Below are positions 12,163 through 23,359 of a stretch of 64,000 nt of DNA, piece after piece; the first letter of the stretch is position 1, and each line of letters opens with the position of its first letter. The notes under the pieces were generated by a model. It searched no databases. It was not told where the DNA came from and saw only the letters and a list, made by a program, of their open reading frames with translations. Where the stretch lies: NCBI GenBank assembly GCA_048772705.1, contig JBLWGC010000035.1:310001-374000 (forward strand). The letters run 5' to 3'. The position numbers and the translations under genes are program-made. The stretch is from Leidyana gryllorum EB-2025a (lineage: Eukaryota > Protista > Apicomplexa).

Positions 12163-15100
12163 ACGTGAGTGGGTGGTAGGAGCTCCAACTCTCAGGCTGC
12201 TCGATAGGAGATTGCAACTGTATAGGCATTCGGAGAGGGAGGCCGGCGAAGAAGGTGGCGCAGACTCGACAAAGCGACAGAGGCTCGGGCATGGCATTGA
12301 AATCCCCCGAAGCATTGACTAACCACTCAGCAGCTGCCAGCATCCCCTGAACAGTGGAGGCCCCCTCTGCTCCGCTTTTCTGCTGCAGATCTGAACTCGA
12401 CATGAGAGGTCTGGTGTTGTTGTCAGATGGGGGGCGAATGTCACCGACGCGAGGAGAACAAATACCCAACAGTGGGCCATTACCCCCTCGGCCGGTTGAG
12501 GTTTGAGCAGCGGTTGGATTGGTGGTCAAGTTGACGGTCACCAGGCGTCGGTACGCTGATCGGAGACCAATGATGACCGGTGTCCAGTCCTCAGGAGCTG
12601 CTGGGTCCTCAAACCGGAGATTGGTACCCAATATAGAAGATATTGTCGGCGTTCGAGCACTTCGTTCTCCTCCATCGTCCCACTCGATATCAAGTTCGTT
12701 CCCTTCGGTGGGACCGCTCAGGCCCAAAACAGCCAGAACGTCCTCGGGGGCGTCGCTGATGGCTCGGTCAATGGCCTGAGAATAGCACATAAATGTGTCC
12801 TCCTGAGAATCTGACTCACTTGATCAATGCTTGGCGCTGAGGTAGTATTGCGAGTCTCCATGACGGCTTCACTCATGTCCATCTCCGTCTCATCGCCAGG
12901 TGGGGCTTGTGGGACGTTTGCGGTAGGGATTGGGGGCAGACGTCGACAGGCAATGAGCCGAGGGTTGCGAACGCGAGTGAAAGCTGGTGAGGCCGAGTGG
13001 CGTCGCCCGGGAACGCCACAAGACAGCATTGATGCCGGCGGAGGGGGTGGCATTGCGGCCGATGTTCCCACCGAATGCCGCATGGTCGGTCCCAATGCTG
13101 GAGTATACCGATCACTGCGTAGCAATAACAGCCCCTCGGATGTGGTCTGCACAGATGAATTTGAAAGACGTCAATAGAACCGAGCGTAAACGAGACGAAT
13201 TCAGACAATACACTCGATCAAAGAGAGCAGAGGTCGTAATGCACTTACCAAACGAGGAAGATCCTCCAGCATAGGAAAGGCAGTCGCGAGCATTCTGACA
13301 CCTCGGACCACACAATGGTCACAGATTGGAATGCTACAGCATCTGCAACGGTGATTGGCCGTGTAATACTTTGGACTCCCATTCTGAGCGGTTCCTCGGG
13401 CCGTTTTCAGTCGATGAGTGGTGCTTTTGGGCATAGTCATTGCCAGCGAACGAGTGACACGCTGTGCATTAGACATCCAATATCCCAATGAGCATGACAA
13501 ACAATACTGCAAATAGCAAAGTGGAGAATAAAGAGCGGCAGAGGGAGACGCGGTGAAGGGAGAGCGGCAAAGGGAGACGCGGCAAAGAAAAATCTCTCTC
13601 ACTCACTTGTCCAAGCTGCTCGTCGAAGAGACAGCGCGTGGTGGCAGATTTGTGCACGACGACGAGCTCAGCCTCTGTACTTTGAAGAGGGTTACGTACG
13701 AGACCCGCTTTGGGCACGCAGCCACTCGTCCCATTGGTGATCGACTTGGGTATCCGGGTGCTGAAGTCTAGTGGACCTTTGGGGACACCGAGATAGAGTG
13801 AAAAGACGCGATTAGTCCGCAAGTCTTTGTGGTATCGGTGACACGGCAATTTGGCCAATAAAGTATCAGCAACTTTGTTCAGGTGAGTCTGTTCAGCCTG
13901 GGACAGCGACTGGCCTGTCGCCCCATTGGCAACAAGCAACCGCGTGAGAAACTGTGATAAGCGGTGATCTGCAGAAACAACAGGAGTCAAAAGAGACGGG
14001 GAGAGGGGTGGATTGAGTGAGCGGAGACGATAGATTGTTTACTCACCTTGCATTTCCATTGCTCGACTGATTATGGTACTTTCAGCGGAATCGGGATTGT
14101 GGTTGTCAGAGGCACTGGAAGCGAGGGGGAGCGACGCGCCTCGGTTGACGAGCATTGATATGATCTGAGGTTCCCCAGCAACAACAGCGAGTTGAAGAGG
14201 AGTCCGTCCAGCCAAGTCTTGCGCGTCTACTTGTACTAATGGATGATATAACAGCGTCAAGACGATCAGTGGTTGTCGAGCCAATACCGCGGCGTGTAGG
14301 GGGGTACTCCCAGTACTCTATCACTATTTTACCAAATCAGGTTCCAATCCTTACGTCCGGTAAGTTGACATTCGCCCCACGCAGCATCAGGATTTGCAGA
14401 CTCCTCAACAACCCCCGCCGGGCCGCAAGATGCGTAGCCGCGCGGTAGGCATCTTGTGGGTCAGCGACATCCAAATCTTGACGAATATTTGGACACATCT
14501 GCAAAGTGAGGATGAGTGACGAACGATGTGCAGCCGCACAGCTTACATTGAGAAACAAACAGGCAAAGCGGTCGCTTTGCTCTGCGTTTGGAGAGCATTG
14601 TAATAATCGAGAGAGTAGAGTCGAGCCCTTGTGGTCTCGAAGTCCAGCTAATCGCGCCCTGTCGCTTAGGGACACATTACTCAATATATATATAAAGTCC
14701 TGCTGTCGATCCAAGGTCGCCAGGTCAACCAGTATCTCAAATAGCAGAGAGTCTGATGCAGGACGTTTCGAGGTCACCACACGCGATGCTATCGCTAGGA
14801 GCGGCACCGAAAACTTCCCAACCCCTCCGTTTCGAGCCAGCAGGTTGCCCTTCGGCTCAGGGCGGGGAGGACTCGAACCCGTACTGCTAGCATTGCATCC
14901 GAATGGGTACATCCGTAAGAACCGTAAAACTGAATCTTGCATTAGCCATGATGACAATCGGCACGCCTGAGTGCTGATGCTCGGAATCAAACACGAGGGA
15001 CTGGGAGACGCAGTTGCCAACGTTTGAAACTGATCCCGCAATACTTGTTTCGTCTCTTCGGCCGGGACTTTCCGACCATCCAACGCTGCCCCACTCTGCG

Positions 15101-18100
15101 GCAAACCCGTCGCACATGAGCTTCCAGCCAAATACTCCTCAAAAGCCTTCTTAGCGGGAATGTCAAATGCTGATTGACTAACAGCATTGCGAATTCGGGC
15201 AAACCTTTGAATCAGAAGTCCAACCCGTTTCGGGACATTCGGGGGACTCAGAGTTCGTGCGGGTGCCAAGTGTGTCAAACGGATTTGCCGCCTCTCCACA
15301 ACAGCCTTACTATTCGTCGGCGCCAGTGTACGAGCAGACGGAATCGGACCTTCTGCTGACGCCGCCCAACTGCTATGTGAACTCGATAGTCGGCTTACGG
15401 GCACACTGATCTGTTGGAGACTCAGCGAACTGTCCCGCAGTCTCCGTGCTTGTTGAGGTCGATCCGCCAGAAAGTATTGTGAGTGAAGCAGCGGTAGTTT
15501 ACGTACAGCTGACGGCGGATTCAGATCGCATTCTGTGCTTGTCGTCTTGACATTCTTCACCTTTCTTGCGGTTAAGGGGGCCAATGGCTCATCAGCTCCA
15601 TCTCGGCTCATTGGCGGGGAAACGCTGGTCATCCCCAAACTGTCAGCAGTGCCCATCACCTGATATAGATTTGACGGTGTGCATATACGGTCAGTGCTCG
15701 TCACACGGGGCGTGGCCTTATATTTAGGCTGTGGCCTCCCCAGCCCTAGAGGATCCTTGAGAATAATGTCCAGACATGCACGAACGAATTGATTGTCCTG
15801 AACAGCCTGTTCGTCTGCAACAAAATTCGATAAGATCGACCATTCAAACCAACAGTCAACTCACGGGCTCGTTTTCGTCCAGGAGATGCATCTGTGGGAG
15901 TTGGGTCGATGAATTCTGCTACTTCTAGGGCCAATGCTTTGAGGTCAGGTCCAGTCACCAATTCCATCGACCCCTCTCGTAATGTATTGCTACCCGTCGA
16001 TGAATACGAGTCTTCCAATTCATAGCTGTGCTTCGTCTTCGGTCGAGCAGAACTCAAGGCGGTATGAGTAGCGAATCTGAACAGGCGAGACGTAGTGGCC
16101 GAATCATGTCTTGGTGTCAGTAACGTCTCGGCTAGCTGCAGCGAGAGTTTCTCTGGGGGCGAGGAGGGAACGGAACCCAATGTATGTAATGCATAAGCTG
16201 ACAGTACTTACGGCCATATCGGCTACGCTCAGTGTCCGGATTGCGATCTTTGTCAACGTCACTGTCGGGTCTCGGCACGAATCGAACCACCGAGTTACGC
16301 CGCGGTCTCGTGGGACCGCTGGCAGAGTCATCGTCTTCGTCGGACTCCGCCGAAGGCTCAATGTTTGGCCCTGTGTGAGCAGATGGTGCCGGTCCAGGGG
16401 CTGTTGTCGTGGTGGACGCAATCTTAATGCTTCGACCACCACAGACTTTCCAGAAGAGCCATTGGCGTTCAGCGCGCAGCAACGTTTTGGTGGTCTCCAA
16501 TTGTCCGCCCGCTACATCACGAGGGGTCCGATTGGAACCATTAACCCGCAAAACGTTTGCTCCTGAGACCGCACTAAAGTTCGCGAACAGCCTGTCGTGG
16601 TGGGTGACTTACCCATGTTGACCAACTGATTGACGATACGAGTCAGGTTTGCGTGGGCTGCGAGGTGAAGGGGAGTCCAGAGCGCAGTCCCTCCCCGTTG
16701 ATCTATGTCAAAGCAAGCGACCTCCACCAAACTCTTCCTCCGACTCCTCAAGGTGAGATGCGAGGAGCTTGAGAAGGCTCGGTGCCGCTGTTGTAACAGT
16801 CTGCACTCGGCTATGAAGCTGAAAGCTTGAGTTTGACTCCTTCTGGCAGCCAGATGGATGGGTGCCCATCCCTCGCGGCCCACAGCGTTGCAGTCAGCGC
16901 CGCGCATCAGTAAGAGCAGCGCTATGGCAATGGAGCGATCACCACCCGAGTCAAACACAGAGAATAGAACATGTAAGGGAGTGTTCCCGTCACGGTCCCT
17001 GTAATTAGGATCAGCTCCATGTCTGGATTGAGAATGGATCGAAACGAGAGTCACAGCTTACTGCAACAGGAGTGCAGCCATCTCAGTGTCAGTGTTGACT
17101 GCAGCTACGTGGAGCGCGGAGCCAAATACGCCGCCTCCAAAGTCTGGAGAAGCTCCTGCCTATTGAGATCCAACACTGATTGTAAAGGGGAAGTCAGCAG
17201 GCAGCCCACCCACCCGCAGTAGTCTTTCGGCACAGAGGATGGACTCCGCTCGTACTGTGTGAAGCAGTGGAGAGAAGTGTTGGTCATCCAAGGCGTCGAC
17301 GATTGCACCAGCGCGGAGCAGAGCATCGACAACCCCAATGTTGCCTTCGGCTCCGGCCACATGCAATCTGGTTCGTTTGCTCTTGTCCACGGCTGAGAAG
17401 AGAGCATCCGTTGATAGGAGGTGGGCAATGATGTGATACCTGTGACGCGAACAGGACGTTTCGACAAGAGCGCTATGGTGGCAAAACAGGGGAGATATTG
17501 GGGAATGTTGCCATAGGGCGAGCTGGACAAGCCGAGATCTTCTAGAGTATATCCAGCTTTGGTTACTGCTTCGGTCAAAGCTCGGACATCATGAATCCTT
17601 TCACTGAAATTCTTCACAGCCAGAGCCAAGTCGTCTCCTGTGACTTTCCGAGGTAAAGGAGGGGCACAGAATCGTGTCCAGTCAATCGATAATTGTACCA
17701 GTGAGGGTAGCAGAAACAGGGTGGGCGGCAAAAGAATCAAGGGGTCTGCATGGACAAAAAGACCGCATATTGTTGATCGTCGATTGAAGACCTCTACCCA
17801 CTGTTTCGCAGATTGACTACCTTGAGAAACAAACAGTGCCGTACTTCGGCTGGAACCTTCTCCAACTGCAGTTCGGATCTGGTGAAGCGCACACACACGA
17901 GACGTCACAACAGGGTTGTGCACGCGCAAATCAGCATCGCGTTCATAACAGATGTAACCATGCGATAGGCACAGTACCTGATTATTGTCGGCCGATATAA
18001 TGGCAAGTTTGCTTCCAGTATAAAATATGGAGGCGGGTAATTCATGTAGATTGTTTCCACTGGTAAAGAGCTCAGACAGACATTTGCATTCGGCAAGACC

Positions 18101-18555
18101 GTCAGGGAGCTTCTCAAGACGGTTAGAGTCCACTCGAAGCGTTTGCAGCGACTTGCAGTGCAAAATGGTTTCGGGTAGCGTCGTCAGTCTGTTGCCACGT
18201 AAGTCGATCTCCTCCACCTTGGACAAACACTCGAATATCTGTGAACAGTACGCTAAATCAGGGGGGTTCATCATATTACTCCACGCACCTCTGGATCTAT
18301 GGACCCGATAAGAGCTCGACTCACAACGAACTTGCGAACAACAGCCAGACGGTCTCTTGAGGCTACTTCTAGTACATGGCTCAAAGATAGTTCTTCTACA
18401 CCAAGTACTGCATCTCGGGGAACTTCTGCCACCGTTTTGGTGGCATGCAGTCGTCGCGAGTCATTAACCGTACGACCTTTCAAGTCTCGAGCCGTGACGC
18501 CTTCCGATAGAATCTGCGATCCTTCTGTTGATTTCCTGGACGCAGCTACCAACAT
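12149..18555 (-). CDS. Large multi-exon LRR + ankyrin repeat + FYVE-like zinc finger protein
   Basis: About ten ORF fragments link through short GT-AG introns; most junctions were checked by hand, the 3'-most ones less fully. LRRs (IDLRGNRLTTLPETI, LRVDSNRLEKLPDGL), ankyrins (GNTPLHV, GWAPIHLAA, WTPLHLAA, GSTPLHAAV, GRTPLQLAV), then YCLSC..HRCRCCSIPICDHC and a distal LCRVC. Confidence 0.8.
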
Positions 18556-18601
18556 TGCTTGCGTGGCATGGGGGCCAACTCCTCAAATTTTGTTGTATGA
18601 C

Positions 18602-19761
18602 ATGAAGTTCCGCAGGGCGACCAAAGATGCCCCCCAGCCCGCTCAAGCCTCCACCGCCCATCTTGAGGCTATCCAAGCTGCCCACATGGGTACTTTCGTA
18701 GAGGAGAGTACGTCAACACACCCTAACCTGCTCCCTCTACTCCCCCTTCAGTCGTTTGCGGAGACTGCTACTCCGAATATGAGCTAACGCGAACGATGGT
18801 GGAAGCCATACAAGATGTAAGCGCCCACAGTGAAAATCAGTCTTGGTACTGTGCCTCAGATTGTTTCTAGAGCCACCAGGTCGCAGGATGATGCAGAAAA
18901 GCTCTTCCGTGTCGACAATACATTCCCCAATACAAGACTTTGCATTGGATTGCTCCAGGTCGCTGCTGGCTGTTGCGCTGTCCTGCCCAAGTTTAAGAGT
19001 GTATCGCGAGCCTTCATCCTACTGTGCGCAGTGAGTGCCCTATGCTCTTCGTTCCCAGACTTCCGCTCTTGCACAATTAGGCACTGTTCGGTCTCTGCGC
19101 GTTAGCCGGATGGGTTTATGATACTTTCATGGCCGACGGGCTGGTTATGGTTGTTGACGACTCCACAATACGGAAAGACGACTCCGCTCAGAAACTGGCT
19201 GTGACTATACATTTCGATCGAAGTCAAAAGACTTTCCGCTTGGCTGTGGCCCCCGCGGCAGACATCCGGACAGGGATCCAAACGGCCTTGTTCCGCTTCA
19301 AGCAAATGTATCAGCACACCTCCATCGTACAATTCATTCAACAAATCTATTGGGCAACCGTCACTCGTCAGAAGACTATCGGGCGCGTTAAGGCTTTGCT
19401 TGCTGGGGTGGTGCCCAAATCGTCAGAGGAAGACGACGACGGAGCTACCTGGGAGTGGCTCAGCACTCCAGGCACCCTGCCGATCGGCGAGCAGCAGGCT
19501 AACTTCAACGCAGCGCTGACTGTTCGGTCACCCAAGAACGGCAACAAGAAGAACGATGAAGCTGATGGTGATTCTGCAAACCAAGGATATGGGGGATTAG
19601 TACTTGAAAGACCCATCACACAGTACTATGACGAAAAAGGGTGGGTGATATCGAATGTGATCGAACGTGTTTGCGCACATTCCTGCAGATCGGTCTTACA
19701 TTCATCTGTGGCCAAGGATGTGAAAGCGCTGTTTGAGAGATATTATAAGCAACGGAAGTGA
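18602..19761 (+). CDS. SPCS2: Signal peptidase complex subunit SPC25/SPCS2-like
   Basis: Spliced product has FRVDNTFPNTRLCIGLLQVAAG (TM1), a second TM ending WVYDTF, and C-terminal RPITQYYDEKG..VAKDVKALFE, typical of SPC25. Four short introns. Confidence 0.75.
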
Positions 19762-19815
19762 CAAAAATGGTGTTTGATCCGCGAAGTTGTAAAATCTAAA
19801 AGCATGCTTATGTGA

Positions 19816-20782
19816 TCAGAATCCTTCGACCTCAACAGTTTGAGGGGGAGCAATGACCTCGTCGTTCACATTCCGGTCGTGCAGAGCACATGCATGGTAT
19901 TGCAGGGTCGGCTCGAATGAAAGGGACCACACCAAGGCGGACACACAAGCGGCGAGCTGAACAAAGGAGAAACAGGCACCCCAGCCGGTGAGGACCATCA
20001 TGATTTCTGCATAACAATCGTATCCAAGTATAATTGAGTGTTGATGAGTGCTTACCACAGATGCCAGCCAAACTGAATAGACCCAGATTGACCCAGCCAA
20101 ATTCCTCATAAGTACCCTCGTCATGGTAGGACTCCATGTAGAACATGGCAACGCCGTACAGTATGAGGCAAATGCCATGAGCCAGAGCTGAGAAATAGAA
20201 GAGGGAGAAATCGGTCTTAGTCTGAGTGTAATGCAACCACCACCGAGTTTGAAGGAAGTGGTAGCCGTACACGAAAGCCAACAGGCGGAGACCGACAACG
20301 AAGAGGTCGAGGACCAAGGCAGCATTGAAAATCTTGGATCCAGCACGGAAGCCACGACTGAACTTGCTGTTGTCAGAGACGAATGCCTGCCACATGAGGA
20401 GACAGAAAACGCCAGCAGCGTACGCGCCAAGAAGTGTGACAATGGTCAAAGTGAAGGTGGGAGATGTCCGAAGACGTTCGGAGAAATTGTACAGATCGAA
20501 AGTGAAAGCATTCCGTCCACCGTGGCCGTGATATACGCACAAAATCAGCAATAGCGAGATAGTCTGCGCCAGAAAGCCCAGTCTCATACTCGGGTACACC
20601 ACACAAGAGATGGTGTCGCTGAAGAGCTCGCCTTTGGTCCTCTCGTTGGGGTCGTATGCGTAGTCATCTCCTTCAACAAGACCCCAATCTATTTTAGAGG
20701 GCTGCTTTGTAGCCTCCCTTGTGCGCTCGGCGTAGACGTCGCCCGCATTCCAACCTCCGGAAGTTGCCCCTGGATCGTACAT
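19816..20782 (-). CDS. GAPM2: Glideosome-associated protein with multiple membrane spans, GAPM2 type
   Basis: DNSKFSRGFRAGSK, RWW..YTQTKTD, FYMESYHDEGTYEE; after one intron EIMMVLTGWGACF..WSLSFEP..LHDRNVN. Confidence 0.9.
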
Positions 20783-20864
20783 GATGTTAAAATGCTCCTC
20801 AAAAGCCCACTAGAAGGCTTCGCGCATGCACACGTGGGTGCACCACACGTATTGAGAACCTGTC
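20783..20864. promoter_or_regulatory. 82-bp bidirectional promoter region between GAPM2 and GAPM1
   Basis: Lies between divergent ATGs; three adjacent palindromes GCATGC (20824-29), CACGTG (20831-36) and GTGCAC (20838-43). Confidence 0.6.
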
Positions 20865-21845
20865 ATGTACTTCACGTACGTTGTCCGACCGGGCGAAGCG
20901 CCCATGGGGCGTTCCCCCAACTTCAATCCGTTCTGGGACGCGTGTATGAGTTGGAATCTTCGTTTGGGTCTTGGCCTCCAATTGCTCTCGTTCATCGTCT
21001 TGGAGATTGTCTCGCTCATTGGGGGGACCAGCGGATTCGGTTTTGTTCACATCACTACTTCTGATGCTCGAATGACATCCTCGTGGTGTGCCCTCATCGC
21101 AATCTACGCGTCTCTTCTGTGGACTTTGAGTGCGTGCCTCATTCAGGGCTTCCGCAACACTGGTGATGACGAAGGGAGGTGAGTCAATCATGAGTCTCAG
21201 CTCGCTATGGAGATCTTCAGTATCAAATTCGCTCGCGGGTATCGTGCTGGAACCAAGATGCTCAGTCAGGGAACCATGCTCGACATTATCATCGGGTGCA
21301 TGATGACTCTTTTCTTCTACGCTCAACTGAGCTATTTCGAGGACGCCTGGCAAACTGAGGCCATCAAGCCCAACCCGATGGTCATCCTTGGCTACTTCAC
21401 CCGCATCTTGCACTGCGTCGTTCTCGGATTGTACGGCTGCGGCTTCTTGTTCATGGAGGCCTACCACAGCACCGGAACCAGCGAAGTATGGGGGTGGTTG
21501 ATGCTGACCCTCTACAAAGTTGCTGCTGTCTCTGGTAAGCGATAGCAAGTCGTTCAACGGTCATATGGTATCGCGCGTGTGTGTCTCGCGTGTTTGACAG
21601 AATTCCTGGCTGTGATTTTAAACAGCCGTTTGTTCGATTTGATCTTCACCTTGTCATTCTTCATGGCCACTGCCGCCGCTTTCCTGTGGGCCCAAGCCTT
21701 CGAGCCCATGATAGTGGCAAATGAAGTTATGATGGATCAATCTGCGTTGCGCAATGAATTCTTCAAGTCTCGGAACTCGATGGCCTACTACGGTCCTCAG
21801 GTGGAAGACGGCCAAGAACTCATCCAACAGGGTACTCGGCAGTGA
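20865..21845 (+). CDS. GAPM1: Glideosome-associated protein with multiple membrane spans, GAPM1 type
   Basis: N-terminus MYFTYVVRPGEAP..F.PFWD, ARGYRAGTKMLSQ, FMEAYH..GT.E.WGW, and C-terminal SALRNEFFKSRNSMAYYGP; three exons. Confidence 0.92.
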
Positions 21846-21909
21846 ACGATTTTTTGATCTTTGTATTTTCTAAAGGGGGCTCCCCATTCTACCTTGAATA
21901 GCTAACACG

Positions 21910-22460
21910 ATGGGTTATGTACAGCCTAGCCGTTGGCTCGACAGTAAGATAACAATCATGTTTGGGTGCCCGAATTCGGTGCAGGTGCTGTTATGGCATT
22001 GTTCCTGATGCTGTTGTCTTCGTAAGTCTCTAGTTGCTGGAACCACGAGCGCAACTTGGCTGACAGTACCACGTTATATGTGTTCGGTCATTTCTGGGCT
22101 GTTGCACAAAGGCCCGAGTTTGCGCAGTATAAAGTGGGAGAGATTATGCGAAAGATGTTCCGATTCAATGTGAGTGTGATTCAAGCGGGCTCCTAACCAA
22201 AAACCCCGCAGTCTCGGTTTGACTTTAACCTCACGCACATTCTGTTGCTCTCAATCATCATCTGTCTACTAAGCTTGGCGTAAGCTATTTCCCGCGCTCA
22301 CACCCTCACAAGGTGCACCTATGTAGGCCCGAAAAGGTACCGCCGCCAAAGAAGACGGAAAAGAACAGTAAGTGTCGGCCTGCTCTCGGGGCCTCCCGGA
22401 AAATATGCTGACACAGAGAGGCCCAATGATGAAGAACCCGCCCGTGCCTCCAGAACCTGA
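21910..22460 (+). CDS. Small two-TM membrane protein, 5-6 exons, absent from the ORF track
   Basis: Splicing gives MGYVQPSRWLDSAVMALFLMLLSSTTLYVFGHFW..SRFDFNLTHILLLSIIICLLSLAPEKVPPPKK..; canonical gtaag/gtgag donors. The last exon is ambiguous (stop at 22411 if the last intron is not spliced). Confidence 0.75.
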
Positions 22461-23321
22461 TCTGCCGGAGAGGATAAGCTCGTTATTAAGCACCATTCTG
22501 GATGCCAAACCAGTATCCCAGCTAAGAGACCAGCAAACAGTCTGTCTAATCTTCCCTTCGACATTGTGCCGAACTCGACTGTACTGCATCCTGATAGATT
22601 CTAGTCATGTTGTACTCGCCGGATGTCAGTCTGATGAGAAACGCAGCTCGTTGGGCCCTTTGATAGCCACGACCTGCATGACAGATGCTGAAATAGCATT
22701 TCTCGTGTTGGAACACATAATAAGACCCTCTCTCCTGCCACGCATCATCCCCGAACATATACGTTTTCATCCCATCCTCAAACCTTATCTTAGTCAGTGC
22801 TGTGACCCCAACCCTTCCCTCATAGTTCTGTCTGCAGTTGTTCTACCCCCTGTCGGCGCTCTCGCCATCATTCTCAGCTATTGTGTGAGTTCATCGCGAA
22901 GTTTCGCCAACGTCTCTGCTGTTTCTAGTCACTCAAAGAGATACTGCGGGTGGAACGCACCTGTACAAGAGCGCGCCACGTTACCATCCACAACATTGCC
23001 CTGTGGGCGGTGATCAACAGCTTTCTGCGGAGATATTGTGACTCAGACTTGTCCTATTACTTAGATCGTTCGCCCTCCCCACCCGCAGTCGATAGTACTG
23101 CTGATTTCAAGCAGTGCCCGCAGAGAGTGAGCGCGTGTTCCACTGACCAGATTCGCACGTTCGTCAATTCGTAGGCTCAAGTCTTCGCGCGTATAAGAAG
23201 TGCGCGAGAGGCGTTACGACGGCCAGCGGCGCATCCTCCGTTCTTTCAGATACACAACGTCCAACAAAGGTATCCAGGGGGTCCTCCAGCTGACATTGGG
23301 GTTGGTCATACATTCTTCTAA
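22426..23321 (+). CDS. Hypothetical protein with an internal F-box-like motif
   Basis: Spliced LPPVGALAIILSYC|SLKEILRVERTCTRARHVTIHNIALW resembles an F-box; two clear introns; start and stop uncertain. Confidence 0.5.
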
Positions 23322-23359
23322 CTCGCCGATGCAGTAATCAGAAGCTCATCCGCTTATAT

